Source of the DNA: Paraglomus brasilianum
Lineage: Eukaryota
Length of the DNA: 32,756 nucleotides
Reading direction: 5' to 3'
Assembly: GCA_910592345.1 (NCBI GenBank)
Contig: CAJVPI010000011.1
Span: forward strand, 62,001-94,756
The position numbers and the translations under genes were made by a program. This document shows, piece by piece, positions 11,769-24,791 of the stretch (the first letter of the stretch is position 1; every line of letters starts with the position of its first letter). The notes beneath the pieces are model-generated. The model had not been told where the DNA came from. It did no database searches and saw only the letters and a program-made list of their open reading frames with translations.

Positions 11769-13024
11769 ATAAAAAAGGATCGAATGCCAAGACTCATTGT
11801 TTGCCGTATATCCTATTTAGTCCTTATTATTATCGGAGTTTTTTAGTTTTAACTGACAAGCTTTGTTTTTCAGTGTTGCACGATCGTCTGTCATTGTCGG
11901 TATTATAATGAATGAAATCAGTGCGTCTCGCCCACCCAATCACAATTACGTCTTCAATGACGCGCATTTTACTAACAAGTCTTGGATTTCCGCTGAATTT
12001 GTAAACCTAAAATGAAACACAAGGGGCGGAAAAAATGACAAGTCGAAACATTTAATTGACAGAAAAATATTGTATCGTGACAACCAATACAGATTAGAAA
12101 TCCGAATAAGGTTCTGGTCATTATCATTATAGTCCGCCGCCAACGGATGATCCCCGCCGCCCCCGCCGCCTTGGCATCATCAAAGAGGAAAAAAAAAAGA
12201 CACCGCACATAGTAAATAATATTGAGATACATTTTTATTTATTGTTCCAACATTTTGCTTGCCATTATTGTCCATATAATCTTCTCCTTTTAATAAAAGC
12301 TTAATAATAATTTTAACAACAAATAATCGTATTCTGTCTACAAGTAAAAAAATAAGTTTCGTCTAAAAAATAAGTACATGAAAATTCGGCGACGGATCGT
12401 ATTATATATGGCGCTACTAAAATAATAAACTAAATAAACAGTCACGCAGATTTTAACGATGCTACTTGCTCTATACCTTTCTATCCCGTCTAGGTTCATC
12501 GTGATGTGTATACATATGAAATCTTATGCCTCGTTCCCCGCATTCTCATTTGCGCACTGATCTTACTCGGTAAATTTACCGTCAACGATGGTGAATGCGA
12601 TTTACGAATTTTTTTGTTTTGTTTTTGAGCATAGCTTTCATTTATATATTGACTTTATCATGCCCGGCATGTTTTTTTTCTTCTCTATGTTGACATAAAT
12701 TATATTTACAATATTATATGGGGAGTGAGGTGATCGAAAGTAATTATGGAATAGAAAAGGGAGAGCAATACAGAGTAGGGATAGAATAAAACGGCTATCA
12801 TCTATATACTAAAGTGTAAAAATTAAACTTATTACGAAAATACCAACAAATTAAGAAAAAAAGAAATAAAATAAATCGATATTTTTCCTTGGTCGAAATA
12901 GTCCAATATGCGAACGATAAAAAAAAATAAAACTTGAAAAATATTGTCAGCCACTCGTCGTCTTTGCACTAATTTCTCCATCCTTGCTATCCCATATGCT
13001 AGCTTTTTTCCCCTCCTCTTTTTC

Positions 13025-14967
13025 TCACAGGTACAACCTTCCGCGTACAAGATTATTCTCTGCTTCAGCAGAAGATAAAAGGGGTTGCTGAACATCCAGC
13101 GTATCTAGATCCAACAGCGAAGATATTCCATCATCATCTCTTCTAATTTCTACCACCACGTCGTTAAATACTCCATCGCCGACAGCTTCAAAAAAGGAAA
13201 AACCTTCTCTCGTCCAGGGCATCCTTCTTGTGAATCTTTTTATCAAAGAGTACACCTTCTCCAGCATCACTTCATCCGAACCGTTTGCCCCGGCACTCAC
13301 GCTGGCATCGCTTGCCGAGCTGCTGCCGCTATAGAAACTGACGTTATCATCGAGGACATCATCCTCGAAATTAAACTCGGTGAGATCGTCTTTACCGATA
13401 GAAGGTCCTCTGACGGACATGTATGTGCTGGCCGAGGATAACGACGAGATGGAAGAAAGTGTCGGAGACGGATGGTAGAGCCTTTTAAAAATGATTTCGT
13501 ATCGCTGCTGCAGTAATAGTTCATTTACTTCGTCATTGAATGGAATTATTTCTACGAGCTCGTTGGTTGGATCGAGTATTCCGCTGAGTGATGGATCTTG
13601 TTTCTGGTCGAAAGAGGAAACGAAAAAGTGTCGTATCCAGAATAGTAAGAGGGAGACATCGGTGAATCCGGCGGGTGGGAATGGGTGCGAAGAACCTGCT
13701 GTCATTGCGTTGAGAAGCGGAGCAATGATTGGTCCCATTAGTCTGCGCAGACCGTTGATGTTATAATTGAAGGTCACGATGGCTCGTTTGTATGGAATAT
13801 AATTGGATTCTGATACAAACAAGGAAAAAAAATGAAAAAAATTATTACCTTCGTTTTCTTGATGTTGAGACAATCTCTGACAATTTCTTCCAAGTTTTAT
13901 TTTTTTATTTTTTTAACTAACATAAATGCAAACCTTGCTTAGAAGGATAGGCGGAAATGACAACAGGCTGCTCTATTGGTTGTTGTTGTTGTTGTTGCTG
14001 CTGTTGTTGTTGTATCGGATTCGGATGTTGCTGTGGCCGTCTGGCGTATGGAGTTGGATATGGCGCAAAGTGCGAATTGGTCGGATGGACAACGGCCGAC
14101 GATCGCATTCTTGGTCGAATATGGGGTGGCGTTTGTACTTGAGATTGTTGTGTCGTTATTGGATTGGCAACGTCTAGGCGCAGCAAGTAGTCGTCATTAA
14201 TGATGTAAGGATAGTACTGCTCCGCAGGTTGTTGACCGGAGTTGAGTACAGCGGGGTCATAGTCTCTTTCGTCCTGTAATCGAGTGAAATCCACAGTCGA
14301 TGAGCAAAACGGGTCTGATTGTATGTCTTCTATCTATGAACAAATAACAAATAACATTGGAAATAATATTGAATATAGTTTATCAAATAACAGTTAAATC
14401 TTTAAAGGTGAAAAGAGAAAGAGAGGAACATGTGTACGTATGTGTGTGTGTGGTGTGTTGAATAAAAAGGTTGGGTCTACATACTAAATACCAAATCATG
14501 TTCCATGTGTTCAATATCTAAACATGATACATGAATCAGTTGTATAGTTGTATTCTACTTACTTTTGTTGCTTGCATAGGTTTATTAGAGTCCTTAATTT
14601 CCATAAGTATTTTGTATAGTCTCTCGAACCTTTCTCTTCCGAGAGCCTCAACTTGATCAATTCGCTCTCTCAACATTCTGACTCCCTCGTCTTCATCCGA
14701 TACAGGCATAGATGGTTCAGCAAAAGCCGGTGGAGAATACGATGTATAGCAGCATCGTAATTTCGACTTTGCACACGATGTACATGCGGGAACCTTTCGG
14801 TCGCATTTTACTTTTCTCTTTTTGCAAGAAACGCAAGAACGATTTGGATTTCCTAACGTCGTAGCCATGATGCACGGAGATTGGGGTACGGAATGTGGAG
14901 GAGACAAAGGGAATTGTGATTGTTTTTGGAGAATCTGATTCAACTGCACAGTAAATGGGTATGGCAT
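13025..14967 (-). CDS. Zn(II)2Cys6 (Gal4-type) fungal transcription factor, 3 exons, ~529 aa
   Basis: Exons 14967-14563, 14333-13934 and 13809-13025 (GT-AG introns) total 1590 nt in frame, ending TGA. CVSCKKRKVKCDRKVPACTSCAKSKLRC fits C-x2-C-x6-C-x6-C-x2-C-x6-C. It is followed by a coiled-coil-like segment (MLRERIDQVEAL), a Q/P-rich region with Q11, and Ser-rich and acidic C-terminal stretches. The start could instead be the second Met (MATTLG). Confidence 0.92.
13980..14012 (-). repeat. CAA/CAG trinucleotide repeat encoding Q11 in the Zn2Cys6 factor
   Basis: (TTG)n/(CTG)n run on the + strand inside exon 2. Confidence 0.9.
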
Positions 14968-17900
14968 CGAATGATCCTGGAAACTAACTTTTTCGTATCG
15001 GTAGCTGACAGGGATGCAGCGTATTTATATATAATTTTTTTTATACTGTATAATTTATGTCGATCACAATAGTATAATTTTAGAATATGATCAGATGATG
15101 TAGTTTTGAATCAACGGGTTTTAGTCAAATCTTGCTGCTGCTTCGGGTTTACTAAGAATAGTCAACCTTAAAGAAATCGCGCGCTTATTATTACTACATT
15201 GACCATGAAGCTCTTTGCAAATACAATGCTTTAATTAAATATATGTACTGCATTAGCGCAAAAATATGAGATGTTCGACTAGGGGAGATTTGGGGGAGGG
15301 GAGGGGAAGAGGGTAGGGGTATAATGTGTGTGAAGCTTAAGGAGTCTAATGTAGGATAAGAGTAACGGTTAATTTATGAGTAATAATGAACTGCAATTGG
15401 TTTTAGTTAGCCCGAAAAGCGTATATTAAATGCCTAAATGATGAATACGATATTGTAAATACAGCCACAATGCTCTTGAATATCTTGAGTTAACCTTATG
15501 TCTGTTGAAGAGCAAGCATAGAAAACGCACTGGTAAATTTGCATGTGTACAAAACCGTATCAATGTATTATTTATTTATTGTTTATTATTATTACATTAT
15601 TATTGTTATTATTACGAAAGGGTTTTTTATCTTTCCTATGTTATTTATTGTCCTTGATTTACGTATTTGTCAACTTGTTTCTTTATGCTCGTGAACAAAC
15701 TCATATGATTCTTGTTATACTTATCGACTTTTTCACTGATGACGAATGCATACGCAGGATGAACACCAGGAACAATAACCTCCTACGCCACGTGGAAACA
15801 ATCCATTTTTTGATAGCCAGCATAACTGATTGCCACGTTGCCAGCTTACGCATGCCAAATTTATGTTGAATGTGTGTGAACTATTTCCCCTTCAAAAAAA
15901 AAAAAAAAAAAGGAAAAAGAAAAAAAGAAAAGTAAAATTACATCTTGGTATTTGATCTTGGCCTGGACACGTTACCATGTGGTTGTCCAATTTGGTTGAT
16001 GTGGTAATAGTCATTTGCCCAATATCAAATCGTTGTTTATGTCAATTATATTAATTTATGCATAAAGTCACAACACCGTCAACATTGCGAATATCAAAAC
16101 GATATTATATGGTGGGAAACAACATTCCAAATATGCGAATATACAAATCCAACCAATGATACAGATTAATGTTATCTTATCTCCATCGTATGTTTATCAT
16201 TAGTAATGAAAGAGCGATGTTTACTGTTACCGTTTGGTCTCATGTCTCTATAGAATACATCATCTATCCTATTTTTATAACCGCAATCATCATGTGTCCT
16301 GCTTACATGAATGTCACCCGTTCGTTTGATTATTATGATTTCTTAATAAATTCAGCGGTTTTCAAAGCCCTTCTCCCCGTTCTCTTTTTAGCGAAATATG
16401 TCGTACAAGATATTGACACTAGTTGTTCTCTCTCTCAAGTACGACGATTGACAATTACCGGGTTAGCCAAACAACAGGAATGGAATAAATAGATGAACGA
16501 ATAGATAAAGAGGACTTTTCTACTTCGATAAGACTTATCAAGATTGTTTCTCATGGTAACAGATGAGTTGAGATTTTGATTGAAGATGATTGTACCGATT
16601 TAGGTTTTTTGCAATACATAAATAACTTCCGTATATAAAATACTATATAATCAAGAGTCGAATGCATTATTTTGAGCCAAAACGTTGGTCTATATTCTAT
16701 TGTCAATGTCCCCTACTATTGCATAATCAATGCAAGAGAATAGGTGAACATAAAAAAGGTAATTACGTCAATGACTTGAAGCCTAATATGCTATTTTAAC
16801 GGGTATATCTCTAATATATAGAGTACAACCCTAATACAGGCATAAGGTTTGAACCAATCATTTGGGAGACGATGGTCGATATATACAATTGGTTGCTGCT
16901 TATCTTTATTAATGGACATCGATAACGGCTGGTTTTTTTTTTTTTTTTCAGGAGCTTAGAGTTTGAAGAAGGTTTATCCATCACGGAGGGACAAAATGAT
17001 TAATGCTCTTTTGATCTCACCACACTTGTCTACCACTGACGTCGTTATAAGCGAAGAGCTTTCTACACAGAAGATGATTTTTTGAGATCGGCTGAGCCCT
17101 GTTCTCTCTTTATTTGGTTAAATCGGAATATAGATTTGCCCAAAGCGGACCAATCAAAATCCATCTCGATCACATGTAACAGGCGTATACATTACTCCAT
17201 TACTATTCGAAAACTAGTTCATCTGGACCGTTCGCACGCATACTTGGACTTTTTTTTGCTTTATCCAGATGATCGACATACATAAATAATTACTAACAGA
17301 AATTAGTAACTTGTTTGCTTGTTTACATAAATAATATTCATGATGTTATTGTGTTATTGTTTGTTGTTGTTTACCCTCATGTCTTTGTTCTTTCGAAACC
17401 ACTACCAAACAATCTTTAACTGCTTTTGATGGTGATTAAATCATCGTGATCAATTATATCTCATCAAGAGTGCCGTGCCACCAAGTTCGGTGTATATGCT
17501 CGACCCTTTCTCCGATATACTTTATTCCGTTTAGCTGTAATCTTTATCCGACCGAGCGGATATGCTATTTAGTGCACATCCTACTCTATAGACCCATCCA
17601 ATTGACTTTTCGTTTGTTACACTGATATGAAAAAACGGTATAGTTTACGTAAGATCAATTGGAGATTATGCAAGGCGGACAAGAGTAAAATATATAATAT
17701 AGATAATATACATATCCGGATTTTGAGTAACCTTAACGGAGATAACGATGACTATGCATGTTTAGTAATATTAATTTGCATTAAGAATCCAACTTTATAT
17801 GGAAATTTGTGTTACTATTCAAAATAGTGATGGGCTCTGTTTGATAAAACATCCAAGAAGCGCGTGGCAAAGTTTGCGGTTACGTAGATCTCCCAGGAAG

Positions 17901-20242
17901 CATATCGGTTTGGTTTGACTAGAGGTTGTAGCAAGAAAAAAGTCCAACACAACAATAACCACCCCCCACAATGTGACAGAGCGGTTTTACTTCCGTCTCA
18001 AGAAGCGCGTGGAACAGTCATAAAGCTATTTGTTGCATGCGTATCTTGTCTTGCATGATTTCTGATTACGTGACAACGACAAGTTTTTATTTTTAATTAT
18101 TACTATTGTTATTATTTGGAAATTCCGTGTGTGTCTATATATCTATATATAAATATATAAATATATTCATTAATGACATAACAATCTATTGGAAATAATT
18201 CGTATCAAGTAATCCAGCATGCAATATATGGCATAGATACAGTATTTTAGTTATCATTGTTGTAATTATTCCATAACTGGTTGCAACCGTTTCCATTTTA
18301 TCATATCTCACGGAGGTGTCTCAACAAATATAGTACATGTCAATAGAATACTTACGGGCGAACCAAGATATCGGTTTTGTTATACATGGTATGATCGCCA
18401 TCTCACAACATGCCGGACCTTACTGATTTGGAGTGATTGGGTTTAATTGGTTGTCAGGCAACATTACTTCGCCAAGAGGTTCAACCGGCGGGTGGTGGTG
18501 GTAAGTAAAACCCTACGGTTAAAAGTATAATACGCAGTGTTCCTGTCCAGTGTTTTTAAATTTGCTTGCAAGTGGATTACCAAGATCGTTCTAGTGTATA
18601 TTATGAAATCATGGTTACTTTGGGGTAAAATGCGGCGTTCGACGAGCAGGGTTGGATAAAGGAATACAATCAACAATCGTCAGGGAAATTGGCTACAACA
18701 TAATTGCGATGCATTATTCTTAATAATATACGATAAAATCATACTTACATAAAAATGGTATACAGCAATAATTGTATTAACAAACCGGGAAGGTTCAGGA
18801 AAACTAACTCCATGACTACATGCTAAAATGACAACAGCATAGTTTACTGGTGTGTTTACATATATGGGCACATTATGTAATCTCACGCTATTGATTCTGC
18901 AGTCCATACATTGACACTAACGTGACGTATATATGTTTCGCATGTATTTCCATAGAGGCCTCCCCCCACATATTCCACAGTTGCCTAGTTGGAAATTCTT
19001 TTAATATTGTCTGTCAATCAACGGATTCTGATTACACACATTGTAGCGTGAGAATATAATACTGCATATATGCACGGAAAAGCTGTATGTGGAACAGTGT
19101 GTGTGTGTGTGGGAGGGATGATATGTAGAGTGAGTATGTAAAACTGGCGTGTGAATGTATGGATGATATAACGGTGCTGTGAAAATTAAATGCCGTGCGT
19201 TTAATGATAGACTATGTTGGATGCTTAATCTGGGCAAATCACGATCAGACGAGACATGTATCAGACCTTCAATGATATTCTTAATAATAAATGTCATTAC
19301 GCTAGCGCGTTTCATTAATTTACTTATTAATTCTAGACTGTCAAAAGCAAGTTGTACGAGGAGCTACAATAACTCTAAAGTTAACAATGACTATTATATT
19401 TGCAAAACTCTAAATTAATACTACTATTAAAAATACATGCTCTATTTGTTATTTAGTTAATGCGTGCAAATGGTGTTGCATGCCAGAGCGCGCTTATCGA
19501 TAATAAGGGTGAAACGTTATATTCAGTCCCTTGATTTGTAAACAGCTAATGGCAACAAGCTTTCCCCAATAAGATTAAGTTCCGAGAGTCAAACGTTCTC
19601 GTGAGCTTTTTTTTTTTTTTTTTTCCTCTCACCTTTGTCCTCTCTCCTTTCTTTTTTTCTTTCTTTTTTCTGTTTGCTGATCGCTTTCGTGATTATGAAA
19701 GATCTCCCTCCACCCCCATGATTATCAATGCAATTTATTACATAAGCTTGTTCCAATTATTTTTTATCGTAGGGGAACATGTGACGAGATTCGTGCAATA
19801 TAAAGTTACACCAATTTAGATTTTGCATCACTACTTGGGGAGAAGATGTTCTCGCAGAGAAGATCGATTTACCCATAATAATTTGTCGTGCACATACATT
19901 ACCTTTAGCAGCCATAGTGTTGCTCTTGTTTTCACTGTCAAGTGTCAGTATATTGAACATTTGTGTTTACACCATAAGACCAATAATAATAGTCACTAAG
20001 TAGACGCAAGCAACCGTCAATGTCCTGTAAGTATGTAGATAACAATGATTTATGATATTATAATTATTTGATTCGCAGTTCTTTATTAGTTGCATTGGAC
20101 GAGTACGATGTATATAATTTTGGATGAGTACATTGTATATTATTCTCGTCTGCAGTTTGCCATGCTGCGTTCTCATGCCTTTTTTGGCAACAACGTTGGT
20201 TGTGCCAGTCTTTTGATTTCAAACGTTAATATTCGAAGGTGT

Positions 20243-20325
20243 TGTGTATGTGTGTGTGTGTGTATGTGTAGTATTGTATATATGTGTAGTATTGTATATG
20301 TGTAGTATGTATATTGTGTATGTAT
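20243..20325. repeat. (TG)n microsatellite grading into a ~16-18-bp TATGTGTAGTATTGTATA minisatellite
   Basis: Directly visible low-complexity tandem repeats. Confidence 0.8.
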
Positions 20326-21647
20326 CTGTTTTCTTTTTTGCATGTCGTAAAGTTATATGTAGGCCCTTTTTTTTATTAGTGTCACACACCTCGGAATAAA
20401 TTTTTGTCTATCAATGGTCGATGTACCACGTTTGAAACGGTCGATTGACACAGAAGCCTTGCATATGACCATATTTATACAAAGTTGGAGAAGAAATAGA
20501 ATCATCGTTATTCCTGATTTGCCAACAATAATTAAATTAAGCACTCAATTGTATCGACGTCACTTATCTATTAAGCGCGATTGATATATAAGAATAAAAC
20601 TATAACTTTGAGAACCAATAACATAAACAGTATTATAGTTATTCCCTATATACGTAAATACACAGTCCCTTTTCTTATTATGCAATATTTATAGTGCATG
20701 TGATGACATTGGTGCTGATATTGTTAGAGTGCGACCGATGCAGGCTGAATGCTAAAGTTTACATTATCGGCTACGTAAAGAATACAAGAGACTCTTGGAT
20801 TCGATGACATCCAACGAGCAGTTGACAATCCGTAAATTGTTATACAATACACGATCGCCAAATACATAAATGATCGTGTATTGTCAAGGTATTCTTTGTT
20901 ACCCAATACTATTCGTCTAACTATTTTAGCTTTGGGATATTGCTAACGATTAATGGTTTTATATGATGATCAAAAATAGACATATTGCCTGATATTAACA
21001 ACACACTCTATAACAACCGGGGACTTCTCCGAACAACCTTATTTTGTGGACGGGCCATTAAAAAAGAGTAGTACATTTACGAGACAAAATGAAATAGTCA
21101 ATCCAATACAACAAAAGCCGTTTACCCGCAACATAGCGCACAATGAATAATACTATACGATTTAGATTATATGCTTTGATTTCTTTACTTTATTGTATCA
21201 TTCCCGCCACTCCGATCAGTTCATGCCGATAGAAATTTCCATCGTTTCTTATTATCCCGATAAAGAGCCCATCATTTCCGGTAGATCAAGATCAAATATT
21301 ACGCCTCGTCACGTATTAATTTGGTTAAACCCATCTCTGCTTTATTTACTGTCTTGTTGACTATACATATCCTGCCCTTCATTGTCATCTGAGGCTGATA
21401 TGTATATATATCCCGCTTACGCGTATTGTGTTAGCGCAATGATTTCCATTTTGTGTGCTTTGAAATAACGCAAAAACGCCGCCATGTTGCATTTGTTCAT
21501 ATTCATGCGCCATCGTAAAGGCTTATACAATCACTCGATTCATACGAAATGGGCAAACTGTATAAGCAAATATTGTGCGAAAGAATGTATCGGGCGTTCC
21601 ATTATACGGTCAATAAGTCTATAAGTGAACAGCCGAAAGATATCTTT

Positions 21648-22965
21648 ATCAGATCATCTGGAATTCGTTTATTTGCCCTATTAGGAGTGGCAATATACTA
21701 TAAATGCCTGCGGCGCACCCTCGCATGAATATTTACGCATGTGGCTGAATATACCCATGTAAATAGTAATTGTGTAACGGATCACTAAGAGTGGCATAAA
21801 ATCCCCGGAATCTATCTTCCCTTGCTTACTATGGGTTTTGTAGATTACTAATCTCGACTAGGTTCGATACAGTCAAGCAAGTATATTACAATAGGCCAAC
21901 CAATCAATCAATGAAATTGCTTTAAAAAGAAATTAGAGCACAGAGAGTGAGAGTGAGAGTGATGTGATGCAGGGAGTCAGTGATTATATAATCTGACTAA
22001 TTAGACGATAACAAATATTTTACTACTAAATTTATAAGAAAGTGGCATAGGTACGACCCCAACACATGGTAATAAGCCGTCCATGACATCATATTTTACA
22101 ATACCCCGCTAAATAGACGCAACTAGGTTGCATGTACCTACAATCATTCGGCTATCCTTTGCTTCAATCAGTACGCTTGTACAATGGATTGTCACAGTAC
22201 TTTTTAGACTACATGCATCTTAGTAAGCAAAAAAGTCTCCGGCGGAACAATCGGTAATGGAAATTGTCTGAGAATATGCGGTGCGGATTTGAAAGCATTG
22301 AATGAGGACAAATGCAAGCCCGCCTTGCCTTGAACTAATGGCTTTGTAAAATAATTCATTACTTTCTGCGCATAGAGTGTAACATCAAGATGATTGGGTA
22401 TGTTGCAACAGTGAGACTTAGTCATTGAGCTTCCGGGGATTGCGACGAGGATGTGATCAAGGACTTTGTAGAAGAAAATTTCAATTACAACATATGCGGC
22501 ATACATTTATTAGCGTTGGGTTGGGTTAGCATTTGTGAAACTTTGTCTTAAGTAAAACGTACAGTCAATCCGGATAACCATTAAACTGAATGGTAAGACC
22601 CGGAGCAAACAAGATGGTTGGTTGCGGTCAAATGAACAGAAGATTAAGATAGTAATAGCCATATTTTTAAATATAAGCATTCTGTTAATAATGGTGATGG
22701 TTGCAGAGGCGTTGCTTTTGATGATGCTGAACAAATGTGAGCTTCCGTCTCAACAAAATGACAGTAATGAGCAATCGAACATGTCTCTTCATCAGAAACG
22801 TTCGTTCATCGACTACATTCGTGCCTTCAGACAGTTATACAGTCTTTTCCATCCCGACCATCGAAGCAGAGGTTATTATTGAATGGAAACCGATGAGTCT
22901 ATACGTGAATTTGTATCCAGCTTAAATGAACCTCATGGAGAATCCCAATTCCGTCCGCCTGAAGT
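21648..22965 (+). repeat. Segmental duplication, copy A (paralog of 29829-32254)
   Basis: Collinear shared blocks include ATCAGATCA.CTGGAATTCGTTTATT.GCCCTA, TATAAATGCCTGCGGCGCA, AATTTATAAGAAAGTGGCATAG, CAGAAGATTAAGATAGTAAT.GCCATATTTTTAAATATAAGCAT and AGTCTTTTCCATCCCGAC. Confidence 0.9.
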
Positions 22966-23720
22966 TGTGGAAACTAACAGGTAGCTCTCAGACTTTGTTA
23001 TGAGCAATCTTGGATCCTGGGGAGAATTCTCTAAACCACCCTCGGCAGGGGCATATCCCTCGTCGAAGGATGTGTATTTACACGCGGAGTATTTGCAAAA
23101 CACCAGGGGAATCAATAGTCACCTGACAAAAGCATCATCCATATTAAATACTATCGGCCCATGAGTAAGTGTCGAAGATAGTTGGCATCTGATCAAGAAT
23201 TTACGGTGGCTTGGAAAGGAACGGCGAAGACCCCCGTTACGTGAGAATGTACTGTATACCATCAGCGCGAGTCGATATATTGTTTTATCGATCTGATATT
23301 GCTTTACAAAATTAAACATAACGCCAGAGTGGTCGTGATATTGAGGAAGGGACTTTATCTGAAAAACTGTCGATGTATATGTGTCGGTGATAGAATTTTG
23401 CCAACTGTGAACGAATACGAGAGAGTTTTCCATTTTTTGAAAAGGGAGATGTAACGAGCTGCTCGGCCACGATGCCCAAGGAAGACTTTTACTTAAACTA
23501 AAATGGATAAGACATTTTCTCCCTAATATGCTTAGTATCGGCCGCGGAGAGAGAAGACGTGTGTAGTATCGTTATCATAGTAATGTTAACCGCGTGACCC
23601 AATCATTCATTTTTCTACTGGCGGAGATGCCGTGGCCGTGGCTCTTTTTAAAGAATGTCGTGATTTGTATCCCATGCTACAAATTATGGCTCCGTACATT
23701 CAAATAATGAGGTTCGTAAG
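22230..23720 (+). pseudogene. Decayed multi-exon gene of unknown family (copy A)
   Basis: Long protein-like frames broken by isolated stops and frameshifts: GDCDEDVIKDFVEENFNYNICGIHLLALG; SFIDYIRAFRQLYSLFHPDHRSRGYY*METDESIREFVSSLNEPHGESQFRPPEVVETNR*LSDFVMSNLGSWGEFSKPP...DVYLHAEYLQNTRG...WHLIKNLRWLG; STGGDAVAVALFKECRDLYP. An upstream TATA box is conserved in both copies. Confidence 0.6.
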
Positions 23721-23970
23721 GTTTCGATTAAAGACTTATCGCAAGTTAACATTGAGAATTTCCATTAAAGTACAGGACAATAACAAATTTCACAAAATTC
23801 TGCCTTCTGCTGAACTCAATTATCCAAGCAACCTGTTTCTGAATTATCGAAGCATTAAAGTCTTATCTATTTTAGTGTTGGCACTGCTACTACATTCTTT
23901 GAATTACAGAAGACAAAATATCTTGATCATAATATTTGTCCATTGCAAGGTGCGTTTATATAGTTGATCA

Positions 23971-24650
23971 TACAGTCCCGGCAAAAAATAAAGGCGGTGC
24001 TTATCAAATGCAATTTCACAAAGTTTTTATGTATAAGCTAAACTCTTGGCAGTAATCCGTGTTGTTCACTATAACAAATTCTACTTGCAATAAAGAGATA
24101 ATTGAATTCACAAAAAATTTTCAATTAAGTTTTTTGTATTTAACTTTTATGCAAGAAAAGCAAGCCTTGGTTTGCCAAGGCCATTGTATAGCAAAAATAT
24201 TAATTGACCAGCTCTAAATTGTTAAAACACGGTAGCATTTGTTATTTAAGCAGGTTTACTTAGTACTGGAAGATTAATTTTCTTGGTGAAAAAGATAGCC
24301 TACAGTTTCCATCAAGTTACAATTATTCGCTTACTAAATTAAAAATTTATTCTAAATATCATTGAAACATAAGCAATTAATATTATGCATCAACTTTTTT
24401 GTCATATTGCTATCCACCATCAGCTCCACTGCCCGCTGAACAATTCCTATTGTAATATGTAATGCTGCTGGGCTAAATATTGATACTGGCTTTGATATTC
24501 AACAGTTGGTCTTAAGTAGGCAGAGAAAGTGATTAAAATAGTTGAAAGCTCACAAGGTGTTGTTATAGCTAACAATTGTTTTATAATTATGCAAGTTTAT
24601 AAGTACAAAAAACCTTGATTGTGGAAATTTACATCAAAGTTCCACTGTAC
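23971..24650. mobile_element. Degenerate Tc1/pogo-type element relic
   Basis: Tc1-like left end TA|CAGTCCCGGCAAAAAATAAAGG. Loose inverted similarity between 24005-24078 and 24560-24636, ending ...CCACTG|TA. Confidence 0.35.
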
Positions 24651-24791
24651 CAGCGATGGCTTTGCATAGTTATTGTACACTACAGAGTATGACCTTATTG
24701 CCAAACTACGCAGGTATGGGCTGACGCTAATTTTAACATATTGCAGGCAAATCACAGAGGTGCTACTACATAATTTAACCTAAGATAAAAT

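Noticed and set aside
13848..13876. Micro-exon inside Zn2Cys6 intron 2
   Set aside because: A 26- or 28-nt exon would break the frame and leave a ~38-nt intron; direct splicing is already in frame.
13926..14200. Plus-strand ORFs with poly-Cys, poly-Leu or poly-Val
   Set aside because: Antisense shadows of the polyQ codons in Zn2Cys6 exon 2.
15736..15775. Hammerhead ribozyme core (CTGATGA), also at ~31599
   Set aside because: No stem II followed by GAAA and no closing stems.
15543..20906. Numerous 60-108-aa ORFs in the ORF track
   Set aside because: Low-complexity I/L/F/Y-rich translations typical of AT-rich non-coding DNA, often with non-ATG starts and no motifs.
21861..21875. GGTTCGA T-loop suggesting a tRNA (also at 30145)
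   Set aside because: No cloverleaf or A-box context.
22622..22882. 86-aa ORF resembling a secreted prepro-peptide (hydrophobic stretch, KR site)
   Set aside because: No ATG start (TTG), it lies inside a longer decayed gene whose frame continues past the stop, and the paralog at ~31.5 kb is disrupted.
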